Below the pieces are notes generated by a model. The model saw only the letters and a list, made by a program, of their open reading frames with translations, made no database searches and was not told the origin of the DNA. 64,000 bases of DNA from Octopus sinensis. Lineage: Eukaryota. Both the position numbers and the translations under genes were made by a program. Where the stretch lies: the NCBI RefSeq assembly GCF_006345805.1, contig NC_043018.1:24614001-24678000 (forward strand), written 5' to 3'. How positions within the stretch are numbered: the first letter of the stretch is position 1; the number at the start of each line of letters is the position of its first letter. This document shows, piece by piece, positions 10,344 through 22,262 of this stretch.

Positions 10344-11005
10344 CAAGCTTCTATCTACATGCATGAAACAATTCTGAACAATAACCCAACCTCAAATTTA
10401 ATCGATGAAATTTTCCGTAACACCCCTCCGCCACAACATGCCATACAACCTAATCACCATTTAACAGAGCTCAACATAACCTAGAAAATTTTGTCGTCAC
10501 CAAGACTGTCAGGACGAACTCAAATAAACCACATTCACATGACAGCTTATCTGGCCGAAACGTCAAGCTTCTATCTACATGCATGAAACAATTCTGAACA
10601 ATAACCCAACCTCAAATTTAATCGATGAAATTTTCCGTAACACCCCTCCGCCACAACATACCATACAACCTAATCACCATTTAACAGAGCTCAACATAAC
10701 CTAGAAAATTTTGTCGTCACCAAGACTGTCAGGACGAACTCAAATGAACCACATTCACATGACAGCTTATCTGGCCGAAACGTCAAGCTTCTATCTACAT
10801 GCATGAAACAATTCTGAACAATAACCCAACCTCAAATTTAATCGATGAAATTTTCCGTAACACCCCTCCGCCACAACATACCATACAACCTAATCACCAT
10901 TTAACAGAGCTCAGCATAACCTAGAAAATTTTGTCGTAACTAAGACTGTCAGGACGAACTCAAATGAACCACATTCACATGACAGCTTATCTGGCCGAAA
11001 CGTCA
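10344..11005 (+). repeat. Three near-identical 220-bp tandem units ending GGCCGAAACGT(CA)
   Basis: CAAGCTT starts at 10344, 10564, 10784; only a handful of differences between units. Confidence 0.97.
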
Positions 11006-11304
11006 TTCTTGATATTATTCTTGTTAAGCAATAATAAATTAGTGCTGTACAAGATGTGATGAGTAATCATTCAGTTTAACTTAAAATTGCCTTGATTACA
11101 TGTGATAGTGGTGATAAGCGAATGTCATCTTCATGTGAGCGTTCGCCTTCGTTTCCAAATTTCTATGAAAGATTTTTCAGCTCACGGGGAATATTACCTT
11201 ATTCGGAAACAGATGAGGGTTGCAGACTGGAACAGCATCGGGTTACAGAAAATCCAACGAATTACGTGCAACATATGTCAGCATGGAAAAGTGGATATTA
11301 AATG

Positions 11305-11478
11305 ATTGTGTGTGTGTGTATGTATGTCTGTATGCATGCATATATATGTATGTTTGTTTGTGTGTGTGTATGCATGTATGCATGTATGTGTGTGCATGTA
11401 TATATGTGTGTATGTGTGTGTCTGTGTATGTGTGTATGTATGTATGTATTCATGTATGTGTGTGTATATATGTGTGTA

Positions 11479-11511
<33 letters not shown>

Positions 11512-11512
11512 A
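11305..11512. repeat. (TG)n/(TATG)n microsatellite
   Basis: Direct reading. Confidence 0.95.
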
Positions 11513-11686
11513 CGCGATGTAGGTAAAGACATTTGAGAAATTTGAAAAGTTAACACGAAACCGGTAATTTCTTCAAAAATTGTTACTATATGAAAAAAAT
11601 TTATAACATTCTTCTAACATAACGACTTAAATATATTCTTTAACCTTATAAAACAAGCCTTCTGTAGTTTTTCACTCTTTTCTATT

Positions 11687-11741
<55 letters not shown>

Positions 11742-12080
11742 TGTGTGTCTGTCTATACATACATACGTGTAAATATCGAGCAATGACAATGAGTGCTCAA
11801 CACTGCATTGGTGGATAAAGATCCTTTTGTATATTAAGGCTACCATTGGTTTCATGTTACAGAAGCCCTCTGCAATTATCAAACCGGAAGTAACAAATGA
11901 TGATATTCGATAATTGTATGTAAATCTATAGGGAAGTTATAGCTTTTCCATAGGTTCTTTCTGTACTCTCCAGTAGTTTTTATTTCTTCTATCTTTTGCT
12001 TGTTTTTCATTGGACTGCGGCCATGCTGGGGCACCACCTCGAAGGGTTTTACGCAAACGAATCGACCCCAGTGCTTATCA

Positions 12081-12977
12081 TTGGGTCATCCCATAAATAA
12101 TGCAGTTTTTTATACTTATATTTTTCAAAATTAAGATAAAGTTCTTTTCTAATGTAATATATACTCTCCTTCATTCTCTACAATGCTCTTCCATCTGTCA
12201 GGTAGATTTGCAAGGCCCTTCTTCCAAAATTCACTTGACCGTGACGAAAAATACTCCTCCATTACTGTTCTGACCTCATCTACAGAATTCATATTTTTTT
12301 ATCCAAATGATTTTGAAGACTGCGAAATAAATGATAATCAGATGGGGTAATGTCCGGCGAAATTGGTGGGTGGGGCATCGTTTCCCATTCAAACTGTTCC
12401 AGCCTATGGAATGTCATCCTGACTGTATGTGGTCGAGGATTATCCTGATGGAAGAATACCTTTCGTCTTGAAACCAGCGATGGTCGTTCTTTTTTCTTTT
12501 TCTTTTTTCTAGCTCCGACTTGAATGAGTGGTTGAATGACCAAATCCAAGCTTCTCTGCTAGTTCAACAGTTAGAATGGGATTTTGTTACACCAGGGTTT
12601 GTAGGACGTCCTTGTCGAGCTGAAGCTCGTCTTCTAGGTTGTAGTTTTCGAATCGGAATTTCTGGAACCACCGTTGACACTGGCTTACGCTTATTGTCCA
12701 ATCCCTATATATTGCATTAATATTCCTCGCATTTTCCGTTGCGTTATTGCCTTTATTGAAGTCATAAAGCAAAATATGCCGAATATGCTCCTTTGTTACT
12801 TTCATTATAGCTTTGAAAAGATAACTGTTAAAATTGAACTGCACTCTTCAAAACTTGCTCTAAGAATAAGTTAAAATTACTGCCTGCATTTATAGTAAGT
12901 TGATGCAGGTCGTTTATCCTGTCCTCCTCCGACTTTTAGTTCATGCAATCGAAAAAACCATTTTTTGGGTGACCCAA
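12081..12977 (-). mobile_element. Internally deleted mariner (DD34D) transposon with transposase pseudogene, nested in a family B SINE
   Basis: TIRs TTGGGTCATCCC.. / ..GGGTGACCCAA followed by TA; HTH region RHILLYDFNKGNNATENARNINAIY (12587-12844); catalytic HQDNPRPH and SPDITPSDYHLFRSLQNHL (12289-12510); middle missing; SINE B sequence continues on both sides (11995-12080, 12978-13310). Confidence 0.92.
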
Positions 12978-13382
12978 TATTTATTGATTCTGGTATTTAT
13001 TCTAACCATCTGTTTCGCCGAACCGATAAGCTATGGGGACGTAAACTCTATCTCTCTCACTCTCTCTCTCACTCTCTCACTCTCTCACCCACTCACCCAC
13101 TCACTCACTCACTCACTCACATACACACACACACACACACGATGCGTTTCACACATATGCGACGGGCTTCTTTCAGTTTACGTCTATCAAATCCATTCTC
13201 GAGGATTTGGTCGGCCCGAGGCTATAGCAGGAGATAGTTGTTCAAGGCACCACGCAGTGGGACTGAACCCGGAACCACGTAGCTAGGAAACAAACGTCGT
13301 ACCACACAACCACCTTCGTTTAATTATTCACATGTATTTGTTGTCCACAATTACACGTTCGTATGTAACTGTGCTGGCTCAC

Positions 13383-13526
13383 TTGGGACGACATGCAAAT
13401 GATCGAATTGCTTTCAAAATGGCGTTCGTTGTCGAGTGTACTTCAGCTGCTCTTTCTGAAAAACTCAGTATATCACAAACCAGTTCTGTACAGATCAATG
13501 TCTGTCTATATGGCATAATGAGGGAG
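13383..13526 (-). CDS. Candidate 144-nt symmetric phase-2 exon (SLIMPYRQTLICTELVCDILSFSERAAEVHSTTNAILKAIRSFACRP)
   Basis: Acceptor CCCTTTATCTTTTTTAACAAAG, donor CAA|GTGAGC, open frame, length divisible by 3; protein not recognised. Confidence 0.4.
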
Positions 13527-13613
13527 CTTTGTTAAAAAAGATAAAGGGTTTCACCAGTCCTCTGTGGAATTATGGGATGTCACTTCCGGCCAATCTACTG
13601 TCATTCACTTCAA

Positions 13614-13750
13614 CTCTTTAACGTTTAAAACTGACCAAATTCGGCTCAAATATATATTCTACCTGTTTGTTTTACGTTAAAACTGGCAAAGGCTAATTCA
13701 AAACAATGTAAATAAATAAGCATCACGTTTGGCAGAGTAATGCGAAAGGG
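13614..13750. mobile_element. Internally deleted piggyBac-like MITE
   Basis: Ends AAAGGG+TTAA; homologous to 24884, 38122, 61555. Confidence 0.55.
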
Positions 13751-13966
13751 TTAAACGCCATCGTCTGCCAGACAGTGATAGAGCGCGATCGCCATTGACG
13801 TTATCACTCTTTGTCTCTCTTTTTATTTCTTACTGATTAATTAAAAATGACTCTACGTGCTTCGTGTGTGGTCGTGTGGATGGATTTAGGTGTGGTTGTT
13901 CGCGTGCTGTTACGTTTGATGGATTTGTCTTTTGTTTGTTTTCGTCTATTGTTATGAGTGTGTGGT

Positions 13967-14330
13967 GCAGGAGTGGCTGTGTGGTAAGTAGCTTGCTTAC
14001 CAACCACATGGTTCCAGGTTCAGTCCCACTACGTGGCATCTTGGGCAAGTGTCTTCTACTATAGTCTCGGGCCGACCAATGCCTTGTGAGTGGATTTGGT
14101 AGACGGAAACTGAAAGAAGCCTGTCGTATATATATATATATATGAGTGTGTGTTATTGTGTTATTCCCCATCGATGTTGGTGTGTTTATGTCCCTGTAAC
14201 TTAGTGGTTTGGCAAAAGGACCAATAGAATAAGTACTAGGCTTACAAAGAATAAGTCCAAGGGTCGATTTCTTCAACTAAAGGTGGTGTTCCAGCATGGC
14301 CGCAGTCAAATGACTGAAACAAGTAAAAGA
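13967..14330 (+). mobile_element. Full-length SINE family B
   Basis: GCAGGAGTGGCTGTGTGGTAAG head to AAACAAGTAAAAGA tail. Confidence 0.9.
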
Positions 14331-14389
14331 ATATGTGTCTCTGTAGAATAGATATACGCTTGTTTGTAGGTGATTGTATAGATATGACT

Positions 14390-14660
14390 TTTAATCGAAC
14401 GAATCGACCCCAGTATTTAAGTTTTTTTTTGTAAAACCTGATGCTTTTTTTCTATCCGTCCCATTTGGACGTAAACACACCAACACCGGTTGTCAAGTAG
14501 TGGTGGGGCGTAAAAAAAAACACACACACACACACACTTGACGGGCTTCTTTCAGTTTCCGTCTGCCGAGTTCTCTCACAAGGCTATAGTAGAAGACACA
14601 TTCCCAAGATGCCACGCAGTGGGACCGAACCCGGAACCATGTTCGAAAGCAAACTTCTTA
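14390..14660 (-). mobile_element. Partial SINE family B, inverted relative to 13967-14330
   Basis: Family homology. Confidence 0.75.
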
Positions 14661-14661
14661 A

Positions 14662-14862
14662 GGCGGGCGAGCTGGCAGAATCGTTAACACGCCGGGTAAA
14701 ATGCTTAGCGTCTTTACGTTCTGGGTTCAAATTCCGCCGGGGTTGACTTTCTCTTTTCATACTTTCGGGGTCGATGAAATAAGTACCAGCAGAACACAGG
14801 AGATCGATGTAATCGTACACCCTCCCCCAGAATTGCTGGCCTTGTGTCAAAACTTCGAATCA
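14662..14862 (+). mobile_element. SINE family A short form
   Basis: Family homology. Confidence 0.8.
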
Positions 14863-15095
14863 GTACTGAAAATGTATTAATGATGTTGTGTGTGTTTGTT
14901 CGAGTGCGATTGGTTGACACATGCGTGGGTTTGTTTTGTGCACGCTGTGATAAAAGTGTGTGTGTGCTTGTGAGCTGTACGTTAAGTTCATGTTTGTATA
15001 GAGAGATAGATATACGTAGGAGTTTTTGCTTGTGGAGGAATATGTGAGTTTGCATCCCGTGACATTGCTTCCATAATGTAGTTTCAGAGTGCACG

Positions 15096-15135
<40 letters not shown>

Positions 15136-15236
15136 ACTCACTCTCCTCTTTCCTCCTAATCACAAGATTTATTAAAAAATTTTTTTATCTTTCAACTGTG
15201 TCAACTGAACATAATCACACACACACACTTCCTGCA

Positions 15237-15389
15237 GGATTTGATCTTTCACCTCAGACTAATCATATGTATGAAATACAGTTATCTATATTGTATTGCA
15301 TCAGTTTTATTTCGGGATTTCTTGCCAAGAAAGAGCCGGTTTCTAACCTAGATCCAAGGCTTCTTCATTGGCATTTCAACATTAACAGG
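15237..15389 (+). CDS. Candidate exon (GFDLSPQTNHMYEIQLSILYCISFISGFLAKKEPVSNLDPRLLHWHFNINR)
   Basis: CTTCCTGCAG acceptor, AGG|GTATGT donor (the donor merges into a microsatellite), a single open frame. Confidence 0.3.
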
Positions 15390-15835
15390 GTATGTATGCA
15401 TGTATGCACGTATGCATGCACGTATGTATGTATGTATGTATGTATGTATGTATGCATGCACGTATGTATGTATGTATGTATGCATGCACGTATGTATGTA
15501 TGTATGCATGCACGTATGTATGTATGTATGCATGCGCGTATGTATGTATGTATGTATGCATGCGCGTATGTATGTATGTATGCATGCGCGTATGTATGTA
15601 TGCATGCATGCGCGTATGTATGTATGCATGCATGCGCGTATGTATGTATGCATGCATGCGCGTATGTATGTATGCATGCATGCGCGTATGTATGTATGCA
15701 TGCATGCGCGTATGTATGTACGTATGCACGTATGTATGCATGTGTGCACGTATGTATGTATATATGTATGTATGTATGTGTATATGTGTGTGTGTGTGTA
15801 TATATGTGTGTATGCATGCATGCATGTATTCTCAT
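15390..15835. repeat. Complex (ATGT/ATGC/GCGT)n microsatellite with 16-20-bp higher-order units
   Basis: Direct reading. Confidence 0.95.
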
Positions 15836-16056
15836 GCATTTAGTTGCAAATCTAGGCATGCTCATATATATATAAATGATAAACTTCTGGAAAGTTTTAC
15901 ATATTTTTACAGTCCTGTAGTCTTCGAAACAGCTTTCTCCTTTCTGGTTTTGGGAAGCCTAATTTCTCATGATTGGTATTTAGACAGCGTGTTGTTATAT
16001 AACCCAGGTATAAACCCGAATTCGTAATCTGAAGAGATGTATGTAAAAGAGTAAAG

Positions 16057-16856
16057 AATGACCATGGGATTGAACCTAGAAAGTTCTCCGAGGCACAAGC
16101 TCGGGCAAGGTTGTTTATGGAAGACCAGCAGTCGCCCATGCATACCTATTTCTTTACTACCCACAAGGGGCTAAACACAGACGGGACAAACAAGGACAGA
16201 TAAACGAATTAAGTCGATTATAACGACCCCAGTGCGTAACTGGTACTTAATTTATCGACTCCGAAAGGATGAAAGGCAAAGTCGACCTCGGCGGAATTTG
16301 AACTCAGAACGTAGCGGCAGGCGAAATACCGCTAAGCATTTTGCCCGGCGTGCTAACGTTTCTGCCAACTCGCCACCCTAAATAATAATAATAATTATTA
16401 TTATTTCTTTACTACCCACAAGGGGCTAAACACAGACGGGACAAACAAGGACAGATAAACGAATTAAGTCGAATATAACGACCCCAGTGCGTAACTGGTA
16501 CTTAATTTATCGACTCCGAAAGGATGAAAGGCAAAGTCGACCTCGGCGGAATTTGAACTCAGAACGTAGCGGCAGGCGAAATACTGCTAAGCATTTTGCC
16601 CGGCGTGCTAACGTTTCTGCCAACTCGCCCATGCATACCAGCTTCCCTTTTCCATGCCACCGATGTTATCCAAGGGAAAGGAAAACACTGATACAGCTTG
16701 GCACCAGTTACGTTGCGGCTCATTTCTACAGCTGAGTGAACTGGAACACTATGAAATAAAGTGTCTTGCTCAAGAACACAGCCCGGGCCGGGAGTCGAAC
16801 TCACAATCTAATGATTGTGCGCTCGACGCTTTAACCACTGAGCCATGCGCCTTCAC
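16057..16856 (-). mobile_element. SINE family D (tRNA head, CTTGAGCAAGACACTT..AGCTGTAGAAATGAG body) interrupted by a tandem pair of family A fragments (16147-16630)
   Basis: Homology to 57852-58225 and 28041-28200; TCGCCCATGCATACC duplicated at 16132-16146 and 16626-16640. Confidence 0.8.
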
Positions 16857-16925
16857 TGTATGTATATATGCATGCATATGACTCCATTTTTGCCGAGCGC
16901 CAGACTAATATACTTGCTTGTTTGT

Positions 16926-17290
16926 GGAGGCGCAATGGCCCAGTGGTTAGGGCAGCGGACTCGCGGTTTAGATTCCCAGACCGGGCGTTGTGAGTGTTTA
17001 TTGAGCGAAAACACCTAAAGCTCCACGAGGCTCTGGCAGGGGATGGTGGCGAACCCTGCTGTACTCTTTCATCACAACTTTCTCTCACTCTTACTTCCTG
17101 TTTCTGTTGTACCTGTATTTCAAAGGGCCAACCTTGTCACTCTCTGTGTCACGCTGAATATCCCCGAGAACTACGTTAAGGGTACACGTGTCTGTGGAGT
17201 GCTCAGCCACTTACACGTTAATTTCACGAGTAGGCTGTTCCGTTGATCGGATCAACCGGAACCCTCGTCATCGTAACCGACGGAGTGCTT
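16926..17290 (+). mobile_element. SINE family C, full length
   Basis: tRNA-like head GGCGCAATGGCCCAGTGGTTAG; colinear with the minus copy at 59285-59655. Confidence 0.85.
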
Positions 17291-17609
17291 CCATCCATCC
17301 ATACTTGCTTGTTATTCCCTCAACTGTCTGTCTTGTTTTCTACACAGTTAAAACGCCCCCCCCACACCCACACGTATGTATATAGTGAGGGGATGGGCTA
17401 AACGCAAGCATAGCTGTGTGATTAAGAAGGTCGCTTTGCAGCCGCGTGGTTTCGAGTTCAGTCCCACTGCGCGGCACCTTGGTCAAGCATCCTTTATAGA
17501 AGGCCGACCGATGCCTTGCGTGTAAATTTGGTAGACGGAAACTGTGTGGAATCGCGTCGTGCGTGCGCCCACACAGTAGTACGGCAAAACTGACCGATAG
17601 AATAAGACT

Positions 17610-17775
17610 CGAGGCCGGCCCACGGTACCAGCAACTCGACCAGTCGCCCGAGGCGCCATGTGCTAGGTGACGCCAAAGAGGGCGTGATAAAGACAAGGAA
17701 ATTTCTACAATCATCAGCTTGTACACGCCGAAGTTAAGCTTGTCCGGGGCGCCAGCAACCTTAGGGCCGGTCCTG
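17610..17775. mobile_element. Short hAT-like MITE
   Basis: Imperfect TIRs CGAGGCCGGCCC / GGGCCGGTCCTG; 8-bp flanks ATAAGACT / ATAAGGAT (6/8). Confidence 0.45.
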
Positions 17776-18281
17776 ATAAGGATTCAAGCAAAAAGCACTT
17801 CTCCAGCATAGCTACATTCAAATGAGTGAAACAAATAAAATAGGTATTTTCTTGAAACTTCCGGGGAATGTGACTTTATTTTTTCCGTAATAGGCGCAGC
17901 GTGGGTGTGTGGAAAGAAGCCTGTTTCCCAACCACGCGGTTCCGGGAATACACTCGTAGTGCTCAAGAGGTTTAACTTGAGCGGGCAGAGGAGTAAATGT
18001 AAGGACAAGCAAGTTGGGCAGGTCAGTATACAAAGTATAATAAGAGATATCAAATACAAAAAAATGTATATATGATATCAAGAAGTAAAGCGGTTGTTCT
18101 TTTGTTTGTTTCGGTCATTTGGCTGCGGTCATGCTGGAGCACCGCATTTAGTCTAACAAATCGATCCCAGGACTATTTTTTTGTAAGCCTAGTACTTATT
18201 CTATTGGTCTCTTTTGCCGAACCGCTAAGTTACAGTGACATAAACACACCAACGTCGGTTGTCAAGCATGTGTGTATGTGT

Positions 18282-18462
18282 ATCATCATCATCGTTTAAC
18301 GTCCGTTTTCCATGGTAGCATGGGTTGGACGGTTCGTCCGGGGTCTGGGAAGCCAGGAGGCTGCACCAGGCCCCAGTCTGATTTGGCAGTGTTTCTACAG
18401 CTGGATGCCCTTCCGAACGCCAACCACTCCGTGAGTGTAGTGGGTGCTTTTTACGTGCCATC
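18282..18462 (-). mobile_element. Family E non-autonomous RTE-related element with (GAT)n tail
   Basis: TTGGCGTTCGGAAGGGCATCCAGCTGTAG body and GGAAAACGGACGTTAAACGATGATG tail; other copies at 39830, 42140, 48710, 49315, 58340. Confidence 0.8.
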
Positions 18463-18466
18463 GACA

Positions 18467-18505
<39 letters not shown>

Positions 18506-19113
18506 CAACGAGCTTCTTTCAGTTTCCGTCTACCAAATCCACTCAAGTATTTTGTCGGCCCAAGTTGCCACGCAATGGGACTGAACCCGGAACCACATGG
18601 TTGGTAGGCAAACTACTTACCGCACAGCCACTTTCTTCAACTACTTTAATTCTCGATATCATTTCTATTCTATGTAGGTCGGACTTCTTTGTATGTAAAC
18701 ATATGCATGTTTTTGTATGTTATTTGATACACTTCGTACATTGACCTGCCTAACTTGCTTATCTATACATTACTTATAAATATATATAAATAAATATATG
18801 TCTGTGTGTGTGTCTGTGCGCGCACGCCAGTATTTTGTCGCCCTCAAAGGTAAAACGAGGGAATACCTATGCCCTTGATCAAGGTACAAGTCGGGAGCCT
18901 ACCGTCTTTTAACGACAGGACATGTTTCATTGGCAACCGGTGTTGGTATGTTCAATCCACGTAACTTAGCGGTAGGCCAAAAAAAAAAAAGACCGATAGA
19001 ATAAGTACCAGACTAGCAAAAAAAGTATTGGGGTCGATTTATTCGACTAAAATTTCTTCATGGCAGTGCCCCAGCATGACCGCAGCCTGATGACTGAAAT
19101 ATAAGATAAGATG

Positions 19114-19522
19114 GGACCTTTTCGGTTTGAACGGCAGTTTTTAACATAATTTCGAGGTAACTAAAAAATTTTAAACTTCGTATACTGGTAGAATGTGTTT
19201 ATAAAACATATTTTTCTCTTAGCTTTATTGAGAAAATTCTATGGTTTGTAAGATATTTGTTGTCTTTTTTCTTCAATTTCTGCAATTTCAACCAATCACT
19301 GACGTCTATTGAGGTAAAAAAAAACATTCTGTGCCGTATGAATATGTCCCTCGTTTAAGAAACAGATTGGGTTTATTTACATTTCTAAAGAAAAAAAGAT
19401 ACCCTTCCCCCTAACCCTAAAACAGATTGAAATGCAATAGATCGATACTAGGGTCATAATTATGGGTGACAATTTCATATGACACTGCTAGAAAAAAACT
19501 GCCGTTCAAACCGAAAAGATCC
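19114..19522. mobile_element. MITE with GG..CC termini and a perfect 8-bp TSD (Merlin-like)
   Basis: TIR GGA(C/T)CTTTTCGGTTTGAACGGCAGTTTTT; ATAAGATG at 19106-19113 and 19523-19530. Confidence 0.85.
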
Positions 19523-21224
19523 ATAAGATGAGAGAGAGAATGATTTCTTTATGTCTATTGTTGCCTCGCTTGTCATTGCTGTTTAGCCCTGGGCCAATAC
19601 TGAGTTGGCTAGACCTGTTGGCAAAAGGCATTCAGACCGTGACCATCATGTCGGTTGAGGTGTACGTATGTGTGATATCATTTATGAAACGTGTCCTGTC
19701 GTTAAAAGAAGACGGTAGGCTCCCGACTTGATCAAGCGGGTAGATGTCCCCTCGTTTTACCTTTGTATACGTGTGTATGTCTCTCTGATCTACCTTTTTC
19801 ATATCTTCTCCGCCTGCTACTCAAAAATGCATAGCCTCCTCCTCCACTTACCCCACTTCCCTCTATATATATATATATGTATGTATATGGGTGTGTGTTT
19901 CTCTGTGTTTGTGTATGTATAGGCACATACACACATACTATCTGATTCTCAAACAATTTCCCTCCCTCTCCCTCCCTCTCTCTCACCCATTCACTCACTT
20001 TGTGAATGTAGATGTTTAACTCCTCCCTCTCTTTTCTCACCCAACTTCACTCTCACTCGCTCTCCTCTTCCTATTTCCCCCAAACATGCCTCCCCTTGCC
20101 TTTCTATGTGTGTGCGCGTGTGCGCGATAACACAGCCCTAATGCATAATACATACGTGATAAATATGCAGGCTGTATATAAAGTGTGTCAAACAGAGTAG
20201 CTGTATATATGTATACACACATATTTATATGTATGTGTGTATGAAGAGAGGAGACAGTGAATACTAAACGTGCAGAAAGTTTTGAGACTAGCAGAGACGT
20301 GTAAGAGACAAGCAATCTATACACTCACACCCACACGCGTACACATAACTAAATAACAACGGCAACTCAAACCGGAATTTCAGAGTTTGGTCAGGAAGTT
20401 TCTCTTGTGGCAACGATGTCGAACGAATTGAAAATGGATTCAGTCATTGTGAGTGAAGGTAAAAAAAAAAAAAAAAAAAAAATTCCTACTTTATAATACA
20501 CATGTACATATATGTTGGTATGTTTCCCTGTTTTTGTTGCTTTTTGGTCCTTGTTTGGAATAGATTTCGTCAGGGACCCTGTTACGAAATCTATTCCATT
20601 CCTTTTTTTCATTTTATTTTATTTTATTTTCTCCAAGACATTGTAATAAACCATAGACCGAGCCTATCTCTGTGTATATGTGTGTGTGCTATGTTTATAT
20701 GTTGTTGTTTAGGCCTAGGACGGTCCTGATCCAGCGAACGTCTCTTACCAAAGACAATCTAGCTAAGACCACCCTATATTATTTGCGCGAATATTGTGTT
20801 CCTGTGTGCATCAAGCATCGATAGCCGAAAATTTTTCAAATTAGAAAATAAGATGTTTGAGTTCTTTGCGATTGCGCAAAAGTAAATAAGTTACGAGGAA
20901 ACAAAGTCCCAGCGGAGGTGAGAGGGGAACATGGAACACGAAACAAATTACGTGACCTAATGTCTTAAGGTACGGTCGCAGTGGGCAATTTGTTAGGGAG
21001 TCTATAGCATGTCTAGCGGCCTCATTTCTGATCTATGTATGTTTTGCTTGTTACTATCATGAAATAACCATCATAGTGCCCAGGGCATTGATTTGTCAAA
21101 GGGGCCTATAATACTGCTAGGGCGGCCTTGATTGCGCCGAGAAGACGTGAGGGTTGCAGCTAGAACACAATTTAAAAAGAAGTTGGGTTGTGCAAAAACT
21201 ACGTGTGTGTGTGTGTGTGTGTCT

Positions 21225-21565
21225 TTCTTTTACTTGTATCAGTCTGCGGCCACGCTGGAGCACTGCCTAGAAGAAATGTTAGTCGATCGAATCGACTCCA
21301 ATATATATATTTTTAAGCTTGGGACTTATTCTATCGGTCACTTATGCCGAACTGTTAAGTTATAGGGACTCAAACGTAAACACACCCTCACTGGTTGTCA
21401 AGCGGTGATGGAACGCACATACATCACGGGCTTTCAATTTCCGTTTACCAAATCCACCCATAAGAATTTGGGTCAGCCCGAGGCTATAGTAGTAGAAGAC
21501 ACTTGTCGCACAGTGAGACTGAACGCAGAACCGTGTGGTTGGGAAGCAAGCTTTTTACCACACAC
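21225..21565 (-). mobile_element. SINE family B
   Basis: Family homology. Confidence 0.8.
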
Positions 21566-22132
21566 ATCACATACATATTTGTCCGATTTTAAAACTTTCA
21601 ATGATATGTAATCATAGCTAAGCTCCTGTTTGAAACAAAAATTTTGAATATTATTAAATGTCATTACGTAATCCTCACTCAAAAACTAACCACAAACTTT
21701 TTTCTTTCTAAATTTAAACTTTTTTTCTTTTTAAATCTGCAAAAGAATCAACTAAATTATTTTCCATTTTGAAAATTTAGCTTCCTTCTCTTAAACTTTA
21801 GGTTATACTAATGTCTTACATTTTATTATCATCATCTTTTTTTTTTTTTTATGTAAGAGAGATTTGACAGCTATTTCTAGCGGCCGCGTAATTTTTGTTG
21901 AAGTGTGTGTATGCGTGTGTTTAAAAACTTAGGCAGCGTTTCGGTGGATTTTGTGTACATACATATTCTCCCAGAGAATAACCAACGGCACGGATAGGAG
22001 GGGGTGGGGGTCCCGATAATATTTGAGTAACTTTAAAGGTAAATTTTTTACAAGTATCACAAAAACGCTCTGAAAGCGCAAAGCTATTTTCATTGACATG
22101 TTACGATACTTGTTAGACAAGTAAATCTGTTT

Positions 22133-22167
<35 letters not shown>

Positions 22168-22225
22168 ACACACTATCTACTTACAACTTAACATTATCAT
22201 TTGTTTTTCTATAATTATGTATATA

Positions 22226-22262
<37 letters not shown>

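Noticed and set aside
15099-16027. Overlapping 147-258-aa ORFs
   Set aside because: Translations of the (ATGT/ATGC)n microsatellite; open in many frames on both strands
15905-16030. Exon candidates on both strands (also 20386-20460, 31913-31964, 56729-56820)
   Set aside because: Splice sites or phases are not mutually consistent and no homology was recognised; cannot be supported without transcripts
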